A stretch of 64,000 nt of DNA. It comes from Chamaesiphon sp. Lineage in GTDB: Bacteria; Cyanobacteriota; Cyanobacteriia; Cyanobacteriales; Chamaesiphonaceae. A model generated the notes under the pieces. It saw only the letters and a list, made by a program, of their open reading frames with translations, had not been told where the DNA came from and did no database searches. Shown here piece after piece: positions 21,645 through 33,336 of the stretch. Each line of letters begins with the position of its first letter. Positions within the stretch are counted from its first letter, which is position 1. The stretch is from contig CBDFFH010000020.1 in assembly GCA_965246715.1 (NCBI GenBank), forward strand, positions 64,001-128,000, in the 5' to 3' direction. The translations under genes were made by a program, and so were the position numbers.

Positions 21645-22559
21645 ATGAAACCAACAATTTTAGTAGCAGGCGGAACGGGTAATCTTGGCGAACGAATTAT
21701 TAAAGCCTTAATAAAAAGAGGGGCAGACGTTCGCGCGATCGTCCGTAACGGTAGCAAACCAGAAAAAATTGCCAAACTGACCGAACTCGGAGCGAAAGTA
21801 ATTACTGTCGATATGTCAGATGTCGAGCAGCTCAAACAAGCCTGTCAAGGTACATCGTGTGTGGTTTCGGCTTTAGCCGGATTGCATGAGACAATTGTTG
21901 ACTCGCAAATCAAATTGCTGGATGCAGCGATCGCCGCAGGTGTGCCACGCTTTATTCCTTCGGATTATTCTGCCGACTTTACCAAACTACCCGCAGGCGA
22001 CAACCGAAATTTCGATCTCCGCAAAGAGTTTCATCAATATCTGGACAAATCTTCGTTGGCGCAGCCTCCCGGAACGGGAATCGCTGCCACTTCGATTATG
22101 AACGGAGCTTTTGCCGATATCTTGAGCTATGGTACGCCAGTTTATAACGTGGAAAATTACAGCGTCGGTTATTGGGGTGATAAATCCGACTGGAAAATCG
22201 ACTTTACGACGATGGACGATACGGCAGATTATACCGCCGCCGCTGCGATCGATGCCTCAACACCAAGAATTTTACGGATTGCTAGTTTCCAAATTAGCCC
22301 AAATGAATTAGTGGCTGTTGGCACAGAAGTTAAAAAGACAGAATTCAAACTTATTCCAATGGGCAGTATGGAAGATTTTTCCGCCTCAAATAAACAAGAG
22401 CGATCGGCGAATCCAGCAGGAGAAAAAGAATTGTATCCAAGTTGGCAAGCCAAGCAATATTTACATAGTATGTTCAGCGTCCAAAACATACCACTAGATA
22501 ACGATCGTTATCCTGATGTCCAGTGGACGAGTGCATATGATGTGATTGCAAAAATTTAA
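21645..22559 (+). CDS. NmrA family NAD(P)-binding protein with 8-aa insert
   Basis: VAGGTGNLG, RFIPSDY; LAQPPGTG encoded by 22056-22079. Confidence 0.9.
   Translation: MKPTILVAGGTGNLGERIIKALIKRGADVRAIVRNGSKPEKIAKLTELGAKVITVDMSDVEQLKQACQGTSCVVSALAGLHETIVDSQIKLLDAAIAAGVPRFIPSDYSADFTKLPAGDNRNFDLRKEFHQYLDKSSLAQPPGTGIAATSIMNGAFADILSYGTPVYNVENYSVGYWGDKSDWKIDFTTMDDTADYTAAAAIDASTPRILRIASFQISPNELVAVGTEVKKTEFKLIPMGSMEDFSASNKQERSANPAGEKELYPSWQAKQYLHSMFSVQNIPLDNDRYPDVQWTSAYDVIAKI
22056..22079 (+). repeat. micro-element family A
   Basis: CG^TTGGCGCAGCCTCCCGGAACGGGA^ATCG. Confidence 0.92.
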
Positions 22560-22660
22560 GACAGCAAGAACATGATAACTTTTGATACTTGAATTTTTTA
22601 AGCTGTAAACAGGTTCGCTCTTAACCAAGATAGCCAGCGATGAATGTGACTTCAACGAAT
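22558..22660 (+). promoter_or_regulatory. second free-standing copy of the module
   Basis: AAGACAGCAAGAACATGATAAC...GTTCGCTCTTAACCAAGATAGCCAGCGATGAAT. Confidence 0.7.
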
Positions 22661-22709
22661 CTATAACAGAGCAGCCAAACGAGAACCAATCTTTAGCACA
22701 GAAATCTCT

Positions 22710-24178
22710 ATGAACCAGCAAACCCAGCGCACAATAAACGACCCTCGCCCGATTCTGATTGTCGGCGCAGGGCCAACGGGAATGACCGCAGCAATGGAAC
22801 TCTCCCGCTTTGGAGTTTCCGTTCGCATCGTGGATAAGCTGCTGACACCCTCAACCACATCTCGCGCCCTTGCCGTGCAAGCACGTACATTGGAACTTTT
22901 AGAGCAGCGGATGCCGATCCAGGAAATGCTCCAGATTGGCAATCAGGGCAAGGCAGCTACCATCTATGGAAATGGCAAATGCCTTGGGAAAGTACCCCTT
23001 GGAGAGATTAAGAGCCGTTACAACTACATCTTGCTCATCTCTCAGGGCGAGACGGAACGCATCTTACGGGAGCAACTCGATCGCCAGGGTGTGTCGATCG
23101 AGCGCGGTACAGAGATGGTCGATTTTTCTCAACTAGAGTCGTCCGCTCAGTCTGGGCTGAACGACGGTGTAAAGGCTGTACTCCGCAATAGCAAAGGGGA
23201 GCTTGAAGAACTTGAAGCAGCTTACCTGATTAGTGCCGAAGGCTCACACAGCACGGCTCGCCATCACCTAAATCTGACGACGAGCCGACTTTGGCAGAGC
23301 TGCAACAGCTCTACGATGCGGATTCGCACATCCCCGTTCGGCTGCGGGATCTGACTTGGAGTTCTCGGTTTCGGATTAATAGCCGGATGCTGCACACGCT
23401 GCGATCCGATCGGATTTTTTTTGGAGGCGATGCGGCACATATTCATAGTCCGGCTGGTGGGCAGGGGATGAACACTGGCATTCAAGACGCGATCGACTTG
23501 AGCTGGAAGCTGGCGATGGTTTGGCAAGGCAAAGCGACTCCAGAACTGCTGGACACGTACGAGGAAGAGCGACTTCCGCTCATTCGTAGTATTGTATCCA
23601 AAACAGAAGCCGCCACCGATGCACTCAACTCCAACAGTCCGATCGTGCATCAACTGATTACGTACATCGCGCCAGTTCTACTCAACACCCATTTCGTGCA
23701 GCAGCTAAGTACTGGACTCATCAGCGAGGTCGCGGCGAATTATCGGACAAGCTCGCTATCTCAAACTCAGCACGCTCGCGGCGATCTTCGGGCGGGCGAT
23801 CGATTACCAGACTTGGATGTACTAGTGTTGAGCCGCGATGCTTTGGACGACGCACAGCCCCACGGATCGCGCCTTTATAAACTCCTCGATCCGTCGCGCT
23901 TTACTCTGTTAGTAACAGATAGCGAAAGTACAATGAACCTCCCTCCAACCTGGGAGAATCGATTCAATCCTTGGCAGGAGTTTCTGAAACTACAACGCAT
24001 CGCGCCTGCCCTGACCCAACCGGAGGCAAAGGTTCAATTTGACAGTTCCTTTGGTAGGGGTCAGAGTCTTTTGCTCGTGAGACCCGACTCATATCTCGGT
24101 TTTGTTGGAGATTTGGATGCTTCATCAGCCCTGACAGCATGGCTCAGTCGATGGTTCCCCCCGACTGCAAATAGATAG
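22710..24178 (+). pseudogene. FAD-dependent monooxygenase, internal deletion and frameshift near 23276
   Basis: VGAGPTG, AEGSHS, then GDAAHIHSPAGGQGMNTGIQDA in another frame; middle segment appears missing. Confidence 0.85.
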
Positions 24179-24508
24179 TAAAGACCTTTGGCGCGACATT
24201 AGTACCTGACCCATTCTGAACATCCGACTCAGTTACACCCTATTTACAAGGAGACTAAGAAAATGCCCGTTGCTTTAATCGATCCCTTTGTCGTTCCCGC
24301 AGACAATGAAGAAGAATTATCGTTAACCTTCAACTAGGAGATTCAAGATGACAGTAGAACACAAAAATGCAGCCAGGACATTTCTCGATCGCCAACACCT
24401 GTGATTGAAGGAACGAATGATGAAATCGATCGAGCTGAAACTATTTTGAAAACGCAAAATGTTCAGAGTTGGATAATTTTTTACACCATATAACAGGAGA
24501 TTTAAGCC

Positions 24509-24880
24509 ATGTTGAAGTTCACTGAAATGGATCGACAAATCACACTCCAGCAGCAACTGGAAGAAGAAGTTGGCCCTGTCATTCTGATTAACAAGTTCAA
24601 TGTTCCGCCCGAAGATGTCGATAAATTCGTTCAAGCTTGGGCGCACGACTGTAGTTATGTGAAGACGCAACTGGGGTTTATCTCCACACAGCTTCATCGG
24701 GGGATCGGTGAAAGTTGCACATTTATTAACTATGCCGTTTGGGAATCGGTGAAAGACTTTAAGCAAGCGTTCACCAGTCCAACGTTTCAATCGAATCTGA
24801 GCCTTTATCCATCCAGCCTGGAGACAGCACCGCATATCTTCCAAAAGGTTGCCGTGCCCAACGTTTGTGTAGGTTGTTAA
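24509..24880 (+). CDS. antibiotic biosynthesis monooxygenase (ABM) family protein
   Basis: VILINKF...GFISTQLH...FINYAVWES. Confidence 0.88.
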   Translation: MLKFTEMDRQITLQQQLEEEVGPVILINKFNVPPEDVDKFVQAWAHDCSYVKTQLGFISTQLHRGIGESCTFINYAVWESVKDFKQAFTSPTFQSNLSLYPSSLETAPHIFQKVAVPNVCVGC

Positions 24881-24932
24881 ATCGCAGCATGGGAAGTACG
24901 TTAGGGGGCTGGAACAAATCAATTACACATCC

Positions 24933-24983
24933 TGTGGGATGGGCATCTTGCCCGTCCGGGCGAGTGAGGACACCCACCCCACA
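24933..24983. repeat. GC-rich palindromic REP/MITE-like element
   Basis: TGTGGGATGGGCATCTTGCCCG...CGGGCGAG...CACCCACCCCACA imperfect inverted repeat. Confidence 0.6.
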
Positions 24984-25040
24984 ATTAATTCAGTCCACCT
25001 ACTTAATTACGATGTCTTTATCATCACGCAGGAAAAATCT

Positions 25041-25511
25041 ATGTCTCCCGAACTCCTTCACACGCTTAAAGTTTACAGTCAGTTCGTTCATCCCGCTTTG
25101 ATGTGGGTACTGTTTGCGCTCACAATTTACGCTTTTTATCTCGGCATCCAATGGCGGCGGGCGCGGAGTGCAGAAGGCGACCTTAAAAAAGAACTGCTCA
25201 AAGGTCGATTCAACATCAAACACTATCAAATCGGCTCGATCGTGCTGGCATTGATGGTCTTAGGCTCGATCGGCGCAATGGGTGCGACCTATATCAACAG
25301 CGGTAAGCTATTTGTTGCCCCTCATCTGCTGCTCGGATTGGGAATGACTGGGCTAATTGCAGTCTCGGCATCACTTTCACCATTCATGCAGAAAGGTCAG
25401 GACTGGGCACGATACAGCCACATTTTTATCAATGTGGTCATCACTGGGCTGTTTGGCTATCAAGCGTTAAGCGGAATTACCATTGTGCAGAACATCATTA
25501 AGCGGATGTAG
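25041..25511 (+). CDS. DUF4079 family membrane protein
   Basis: HPALMW, HYQIGS, PHLLLG, HIFIN. Confidence 0.85.
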   Translation: MSPELLHTLKVYSQFVHPALMWVLFALTIYAFYLGIQWRRARSAEGDLKKELLKGRFNIKHYQIGSIVLALMVLGSIGAMGATYINSGKLFVAPHLLLGLGMTGLIAVSASLSPFMQKGQDWARYSHIFINVVITGLFGYQALSGITIVQNIIKRM

Positions 25512-27243
25512 TTTAGGACAATGGTTCGGAGTGTATCCGAAATCAAAGGCGAAGTTGAACGTCATACCGCATCATTGGATCGATTCTTACCACGATCGAG
25601 AAACTAAATCATGAATAATCAGCTTATCGACGAGACAACCAATCATTTCTACCAACTGGCTTGGCGAGAAGTCCAGCTCCCAATGCGAGATGGCTCCTAT
25701 CTCGCTGCTAATCTCTACCAGCCTGATCGCCCAGGTCAGTTCCCAGTCATCATGTCGATGTGTCCCTATGGCAAGGATCTACACTTTACAGAATTCGCAC
25801 CGAAGAATCCGACAATCAAGGTCGAGTACGCACATTCACAGGACAAGGGGCCACTACTAGCCTGGGAGACACCCAATCCAGAGTTTTGGGTGCCTCAAGG
25901 TTATGCCATACTACGGATCGACGAGCGCGGAATCGGTCGATCGCCGGGTAAGCTCGACATTCTCTCCGAGAGCCTGAAAGAGGACTACTACGATGCCGTG
26001 GAATGGGCAGGAACGCAGGAATGGTCAACTGGCAAGGTGGGTCTGCTGGGCATTTCCTATCTAGCTATGAGCCAATGGGCTGTCGCTTCTTTGCACCCGC
26101 CACATCTTACCTGCATGATTCCCTGGGAGGGCACAGTCGATTATTATGCCGAGTTTACTTATCCCGGCGGTATGCTGGCGAACGGCTTCATCGATTTCTG
26201 GTGGAAGAACGGCGTTCTGTCCAACCAGTACAATCCTGATGGCACGATGAGTGAGGAGGAATTACGTAACAATCGCGTCGAGTTTCCCGAATTTGCCCGT
26301 CATCATCCGCTGCGGACAAAGGCTTGGACAGATCGATCGGGAGACATATCGAAAATTGAAGTCCCATTCCTCTCAGCCAGCAACTGGTTTAGTGCTGGTA
26401 TCCACACGCGCGGTAATTTCCTGGCATTCCAAAATGCCCCATCGCCACATAAGTGGCTTGAGGTACACGTCGGCAGCCATGTTGGCGAGTTCTACACCGT
26501 GGAGGGCCGCGAATTGCAGAAGAAGTTTTTAGATTACTGGCTCAAAGGCATTGACACTGGTTTGATGAAAGAGCCGCGTGTCAAGCTAGCAATCCCTACT
26601 GGCGGAAGCAGCTTTACTTGGCGATATGAAAATGAGTACCCACTAGCCCGTACCGAGTGGCGAAAACTTCATTTGAACGCATCTAGCCGAGTGCTTGTGT
26701 CGGCACAGCCTGAGATCGCAACAACTGCTGGCTTCTCAGGCGACAAAGAGGGCGAATCCCGCGATTGGGGCAAGCCCTACCTGACAAAGCAATTCTTCAA
26801 AGAGGAGGATAGCAGCAAGCGCGTTCTGTTCGAGACTACACCATTCGATCGCAAAACAGAGATCCTCGGCCCAATTAAGCTACAACTTTGGGCTTCGACC
26901 TCAACTAACGACATGGATATCTTTGTTTCACTCAGACATATCGATGCTGAAGGACGGGAGATCGTTAACGAGGGATCGAATGCGAAGAACTATCCCATCA
27001 GCCAAGGCTGGTTGAAAGCTTCGCTACGCAAACTCGATCCTGTGAGAAGCACGGATTGGAAACCCTATTACAGCCCACATTCCGCACTTCAATTTTAACG
27101 ACAGACACTTAGACTTATTTATTACTTATTCGACAAATAAATACGTAATTAAAAGACGAAATCAGAACAGTCTCCATACTACAACCGAAGCAGTGATTTA
27201 GTGATAAAATTATGGTTAAAACTCCCATTAACTTTATCAACAA

Positions 27244-29076
27244 ATGAATTATAAATTAGAAGAGATTGAGATTAAAAATCTAGACCATTTAGGGATAGTA
27301 GCTGGAATTATAGATGAAATAGGAATTGTAGAAAAAGTAAATGAATTATTAGGGACAGATTCTAGAGAAAAGATTAATTGTGGAGAAGTTGTTAAAGCAA
27401 TTATTTTAAATGGGCTGGGATTTGTTGCACAACCATTATACTTATTTTCAAATTTCTTCAAAGATAAAGCTGTAGAACATTTATTAGGAGCAGGAGTCAA
27501 AGCAGAGGAATTGAATGATGACAAACTCGGAAGAGTGATGGATAAGTTATATAAATATGGGCTGAATAATATTTTTTTGATTATTGGTTTGTCAGTAATT
27601 AACGTCAGTTCGGGATAAGTATATCCACTTAATCACTCCTAGCTTCGTTGCTGAACCGCCCTCAAATGAATTTGGGGCTAACAGCAAAAGTTCTCTGAAG
27701 AGAACTGCCAAATCAGTTAGTTCGTTTCAACGAACTTTTGCTGTTAGCCCGAACTTCTAGTTCAGGGCGGTGGTTGCGCGAAGCAGATCGGTTCTCCTTA
27801 ACCCGAACTCACGTTAATTAAGAAATACAAAATATCAACTAAGTATTCTCATTTAGATTCAACTTCATTTCATTTGCATGGACAATACAATAATCGAGAG
27901 CGTGATGAAACGGAAGAACAGAGATTAGAGGTAACTAGAGAAAATCCAATATTTATTACAGAAGGATACTCAAGAGACCACCGACCAGATCTCAAACAGT
28001 GTGTACTAGATCTAATAGTGAGTAGTGATGGAGATATCCCAATATTTATTAGAGGAGGTTCGGGGAATGAGTCAGACAAAGCAATGTTTGGAAGAATATT
28101 AGTCGAGTACTCACAGCAAGCAGATTTTGAGAGTATCATGATAGCGGATAGTGCTTTATACAGTGCAAAAAATCTAATATTAATCAAAGATTTAAAATGG
28201 ATAAGCCGAGTACCATTATCGATAAATAAAGCAAAAGATTTAGTTAGAACAGTAAAAAGTGAAAGCCTGAAAGATAGTAGCAGCAAAGGTTGTCGGTATT
28301 CGTCATCACAAGTGATATATGGAGGGATAGAACAAAGATGGATGATAGTAGAAAGCGAGGAAAGAAAGAAATCAGATTTAAAGAAAATACTCGATCGCCT
28401 AGAAAAAGAAGCAGAGAAAGCTAGCAAGGAAATCAACAAAATAATCAAGCTAGAATTTGAGCAGGTATCATTAGCACTGACAGCAATCGAACAGATTCAA
28501 GCTAAGTTAAAGTATCATCAAATAGTTCAAATTGAAACTTTCAGTAAAGTCAACAAAAAAGGACAAGAAATTCATACCGTTACCTGTAGATCGATCGAAA
28601 ACAAAGAACTAGTTGATGACATCAAAAATCAAGCTGGAAAATTTATACTGGCAACTAACATACTAAGCGAAACTGAATTAGAAACTTCGGAAATATTAAC
28701 TGTATATAAGCAGCAGCAATCCTGCGAAAGAGGATTTAGATTTCTCAAAAATCCATTGTTTTTTGCAGACAGCCTATTTGTCAAAAATCCCGAAAGAGTA
28801 GAAACAATGATGATGCTGATGGGATTAAGTCTTTTAGTGTATACAATTGGACAGAGACAAATCAGGAATGGTCTGAAAGCCAGAAAATCTTCAGTAAAAA
28901 ATCAATTGAATAAAGCAACAGATCGACCAGCTCTAAGATGGATATTCCAGTGTTTTCAAGGAATTCATTACTTTCAGCTTGACGAGATTGAAAGAATTAG
29001 TAATTTGACTGAAGAGCGGTGCCGAATTCTAGAGTTTTTACCTGAAGCTTGTCAAAAATACTATTTAGCTAACTGA
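27244..29076 (+). pseudogene. IS1634 transposase split by a MITE
   Basis: NLDHLGIVAG, HLDSTS, GYSRDHRPDLKQ, ADSALY, ERGFRFLK. Confidence 0.92.
27601..27815. mobile_element. 215-bp MITE (IS982-like ends, tentative) with long internal palindrome
   Basis: TIR AACGTCAGTTCGGGATAAG / CTTAACCCGAACTCACGTT; AATT duplication; removal restores LSVIKKYK. Confidence 0.88.
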
Positions 29077-29768
29077 ATTTTATCATGATGTATTAAAGAG
29101 ATTCATTGTTGCAACCACTATTGAATATTTCCGACCAATTAGTTTTTAAAGATCGGCAAAGACTAGAAAATTGTCATGCTCATTCGAGCGAGTTTTTGAT
29201 ATTGCAAATGTCACGAATATACTTCCAGGTTGATTTTAGCTATGGATTGCTTTTCGTAAAAATTGAAGTGCGGAATGTGGGTTACAGCTTCGACGAGGTT
29301 GAGGAACTAAAGCCAGATACACCGTACCTGCTTGAAATCGAGCTTTGGGATGCGGCAATCGTCATACCACAGGGTCATTCACTTTTGCTAGAGATCGGCA
29401 GCCAGAATCAGAGTGGCTGTGGACTCACCATTCAGACGGCTGATGACCGAGCTTGGGACGCTGATGTCACAGTCCACACTGGCGGCGAATTTGACAGCCA
29501 CCTGCTGCTGCCCATCATTCCGGCAAGCACCAAGTAGTTTAGAGCAATGACCTATTGTTGCAACCGGGCGCGACCACCTTTGATGCTCTGTAAATCTAAC
29601 CGAGCGCGTACAGCACCTTCACTCATAAAGCGGCTCGCGATGCCCATCCGAACCGACCGCCAAGGCACTGTTCGCGAATGTAGACGAGCCATTTACCCAC
29701 ATGCTAGAGATTGTTCAGATAATAATATCCGATCGGATGTCAGCCACTACCTTGATTGAGGATTAATA

Positions 29769-30233
29769 ATGTCTCGCGAATACATTTTATGGATTGCCAC
29801 CGTCGCCTACGGACTCCACATGCTAGAGGAGTACGAGTACAACTGGCGAGACTGGGTAGGTCGGGTACTGAAGCTGCAAGTCGAGTGGAACGAATTCTAC
29901 CTGGTTAATGCCTTCGTTATCGTTCTGGGCGTATGCTGCGCGGCGATCGGCTGGCGTAAACCAGCGATGGCTCTGTCCTTTCCAGCCTTCATGCTCGTTA
30001 ACGCGACTTTGTTCCACATCGCTCCGGTGCTGGTCACTCGCATCTTCTCACCAGGATTGTTCACTGCCACTGTTCTTTTTGTGCCAATTGCAGTGTGGGC
30101 TTACTACGGAGCATGGCAGGACGGCGTACTAAAGCCGAGCAGCGGGATTGTTTCCGGTGTGTTGGGATTTCTCATGATGATGTTCCCGATCGTGCTGCAA
30201 GTCACCAAACGGCTACCATTTTTTGGTCAGTAG
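29769..30233 (+). CDS. HXXEE domain membrane protein
   Basis: LHMLEE, FSPGLFT. Confidence 0.88.
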   Translation: MSREYILWIATVAYGLHMLEEYEYNWRDWVGRVLKLQVEWNEFYLVNAFVIVLGVCCAAIGWRKPAMALSFPAFMLVNATLFHIAPVLVTRIFSPGLFTATVLFVPIAVWAYYGAWQDGVLKPSSGIVSGVLGFLMMMFPIVLQVTKRLPFFGQ

Positions 30234-30268
30234 GGGCTTTACCGTTTAGAAAATCAAAGAGGTGTAAC

Positions 30269-30345
30269 ATGAAATTAACTGGAAAAATAGCAGTTGTAAC
30301 TGGAGCCAGTCGCGGAATCGGTAAAGCGATCGTTACCAGACTAGC
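30269..30345 (+). pseudogene. SDR 5' fragment
   Basis: MKLTGKIAVVTGASRGIGKAIVTRLA after AGAGGT RBS, then abrupt junction. Confidence 0.8.
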
Positions 30346-30589
30346 TGTAGAAGCAAGTTCGGTATAACGAACTGTATGTTGAATATTGTTATGCCCCAGG
30401 TAACTCTGAATTGTCCGAGTATCAATACCGCGATTAGCCAGATAATAACCCGTTCCATGCCGCAGCATATGGGCATGAACAGGCATTGGTAAAGCAGCCA
30501 ACTCTCCAGCCCGCTCAACAATGCCACCGACGGTATCATGCGCTAACGGCCCAGATCGCGAAGACTGAAAAACATAGGGACTGGGCGGA
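30346..30589 (-). pseudogene. C-terminal fragment of a FimB/FimE-like tyrosine recombinase
   Basis: VHAHMLRHGTGY...YLGHNNIQHTVRYT. Confidence 0.88.
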
Positions 30590-31894
30590 GGCTCTCTCGT
30601 AGTTAAGGTTATAACTTAAACTTATTAAAGCAATCGGAGCGCAGCGGAGATTACTTTAATAAGCAAGCTAACAGTTTTTCTCTCATGAGACTAAAGCTCT
30701 TAAATCCATAGCTTTGACGCATAATTAATTTGATTTTTGTATTAATTCCCTTTGTGACACCACTTGTGGTTCTACTGAGAAAGTAATTAGCAATTTCTGG
30801 CAAATGATTTTCCAATGTATTTGCTGCACTTCCAAGTATAACTTTAGCAGAAACCAACCATTTTTTGATTGCCTTCAATCCGCCTTTAACAGTCAGATTA
30901 CTTTCATATATGTCTCGCAGATCTTCTTTTAATTTGTAAGCTATACTCAGCAAGGGAGATTGAGCTAACAATTCAGACAAATCCTGGCTTCCTTGCTCTG
31001 ACAAAGACTGATTATTGCTTAATAACAAGTAGCGATTTTTCAACCCTTTTAAATCTAGAACGAGTCGAAGTTTGTTGAGAGATTTGTTAACCAATTTCAT
31101 CACATGAAATCTATCGATTATAATCGCTGCATTCGGAAAAACTTCCTTAATTACTTTTGGAAATCCGCCCCACATATCTACGCACACTTCTTTCACTGAA
31201 TCTCTAACAGCATCAGGTTGCTGCTTGAGCGTAGTTATTATATCGTCACTTTTATGGGAATCAATTACTTCTAATAAAGAACTTCGATCTAAGTCAACAA
31301 GAACTGTAGCAAATCGCCCTTTCCCTTTCCGACGACTAAACTCATCTAAGCTCAATCTTTGTGGAGTACCCCAATCTTTTTTTTTAATTCTCTGCTGGCA
31401 ATCCTGCTAAATATTCGCGCTCATCTGGTCTATACTTAAATTCTCCCTACGACCAACTTGCTCACAACTTGATTCTTTGCGTTGCGGGTCACCCGCCACG
31501 CTGACTCTCTCATAGATATATTCTTGGTATCTTTGAGTAAATCTTTGTCTATTTTCTACCCATGCTAGTTGCTCAGTTGGATATTTTTGGCAGTTATTAC
31601 AATAAAATTTACGTCTAGGAACTTTTAAATATACTCAACTCTCCAGTAATTGATAAGTCTCTAATTAATATGTGACTATTTTGATGAACTACATCTGTAT
31701 AATTCTGACAATTGGGGCAATTAATACCTTCGTTAGTTAGTTGTAAATGGAGAAATATAAATCCAGCTTCTTTATCGCAAGTGAAAACGGTGGTATTCGC
31801 TAAGTTTAATAAAGCGTTCAGGTGAAAATCCATATCCAGGAGCAGTGTAAAATGTAGCTGTCGCTACATTTTACACTGTTTAGCGGAGAGAGCC
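30590..31894 (-). mobile_element. ISL3 family element with degraded transposase (30651-31833)
   Basis: GGCTCTCTC termini; CPNC, SLDEFSRRKG, VDMW, IDRFHV; frameshifts and stops; perfect 16-bp hairpin at 31843-31878. Confidence 0.88.
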
Positions 31895-32062
31895 AAAGGG
31901 GATGAGTGAAGAACGGAGTTTGACACAATCGATCGCAGTTTGTAACCGCTCGAAGTTTTCATGATTTTGTCATGTCGATCGATCCAATCTAGGATCGATC
32001 GCCGCGAATAGGAGAAAAATCGGCTGCTTAAAAATTTATGTAAGCACGTAGTTTCAAGCAGA

Positions 32063-32761
32063 TTATTTAACGGTGGCAAGCAGACTGAGCTGTTCGAGCA
32101 GTTCCTTAGCGGCTGGCGCGGAAGATGCGGGATTTTGTCCGGTAATCAGCCAACCATCTTTGAGGACGTATGGCTGAAAGTCGGCGACTTTGGCATAATT
32201 CCCACCGTTGTTTTTAAGCATATCCTCGACCAGGAACGGAACGATCTCTGTCAGTCCTACGGCTTGCTCCTCACTATTGGTGAAGCCAGTTACATTTTTA
32301 CCTCGCACAACGGGATCGCCATTGGCTGCTTTGACATGTCGCAGCACGCCAGGTGCGTGGCAAACTAAGGCAACTGGTTTACCCGCTGCTAGCGTGACTT
32401 CGATGAGGGCGATTGAGTCTGCATCTTCTACCAAGTCCCAGAGTGGGCCATGTCCGCCAGGGTAAAACACTGCATCGAAATCAGCAGCAGCAACCTCGCT
32501 TAATTTGAGTGTGTTTGCGAGCGCGGTTTGAGCGGCGGGATCTGTTTTGAAGCGTTGCGTGTCCTTTGTTTGAGCGTCTGGGGCATCGCTCTTGGGGTCG
32601 ATCGGTGGTTGCCCACCACGCGGTGAAGCTATCGTAATCGTCGCACCTGCGTCTTGAAATGCGTAGTAGGGAGCGGCAAATTCTTCAAGCCAGAAACCCG
32701 TTTTTTTACCCGTATTTCCGAGCCGATCGTGTGAGGTTAGTACCATTAGTATGTTCATCAT
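32063..32761 (-). CDS. DJ-1/PfpI (type 1 glutamine amidotransferase-like) protein
   Basis: TGFWLEE, GGHGP, VCHAP, ITGQNPAS. Confidence 0.93.
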   Translation of the reverse strand: MMNILMVLTSHDRLGNTGKKTGFWLEEFAAPYYAFQDAGATITIASPRGGQPPIDPKSDAPDAQTKDTQRFKTDPAAQTALANTLKLSEVAAADFDAVFYPGGHGPLWDLVEDADSIALIEVTLAAGKPVALVCHAPGVLRHVKAANGDPVVRGKNVTGFTNSEEQAVGLTEIVPFLVEDMLKNNGGNYAKVADFQPYVLKDGWLITGQNPASSAPAAKELLEQLSLLATVK

Positions 32762-33336
32762 GACTCCTTTAATTACGGATATATATGAAATGAAGATCGA
32801 CCGCATAAGGGTCGATCTTCAGCAGAACATTATTCATCCAAACGAAAATTATATGCACCCCGATCTGAGTTGATGATTGTAATCTGTTCGCAAACAGTTC
32901 GAGTCTTATCACAGCAATACAATATTGTTGTCAATGAGTTCGATTGTTAGTACAACTCATAGACAGCGTTCTATCGTGTAAATCGATTACTTTCTATTTT
33001 AGCTTAAAAATATGTATAACTTACAAGATTAATTTATTTCTAATTTTTTATTTTAGAAAATTCGCAACTAATTTTTAAAATTATTCTCAACTAAATAAAT
33101 CAAGGTATGATGAATCTCTCTCGATCGATAGATGACAATTTATATTTTTTATTAATCGTCTATCAATAGGATTAAGTTGTGATGATATCGACTAGTAAAG
33201 AATTACTTTTAATTCAAGACAAATCAGCTTAAAAGCAAAATTTGAGTTATGAAAATCAAATCGAATCCTTTAATAACAAGGCTATGCAAATAACCCCAGA
33301 CTAGTCGCGCCGGATAAGAACTATTCCCTATCCTCC

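Larger units (their letters stand above)
27074..29281 (+). mobile_element. IS1634 family element
   Basis: 23-bp TIR CCCACATTCCGCACTTCAATTTT; 6-bp TSD TTACAG (27068-27073 and 29282-29287). Confidence 0.93.
25611..29537 (+). pseudogene. CocE/NonD family hydrolase interrupted by IS1634
   Basis: MRDG, GISYLA; frame ...KPYYS|FDEVEELKP...LLLPII is restored when 27074-29287 is removed. Confidence 0.92.

Noticed and set aside
29547..29759. 70-aa ORF and many other short antisense ORFs in the track
   Set aside because: No motifs or RBS; most overlap well-supported genes on the other strand or in another frame.
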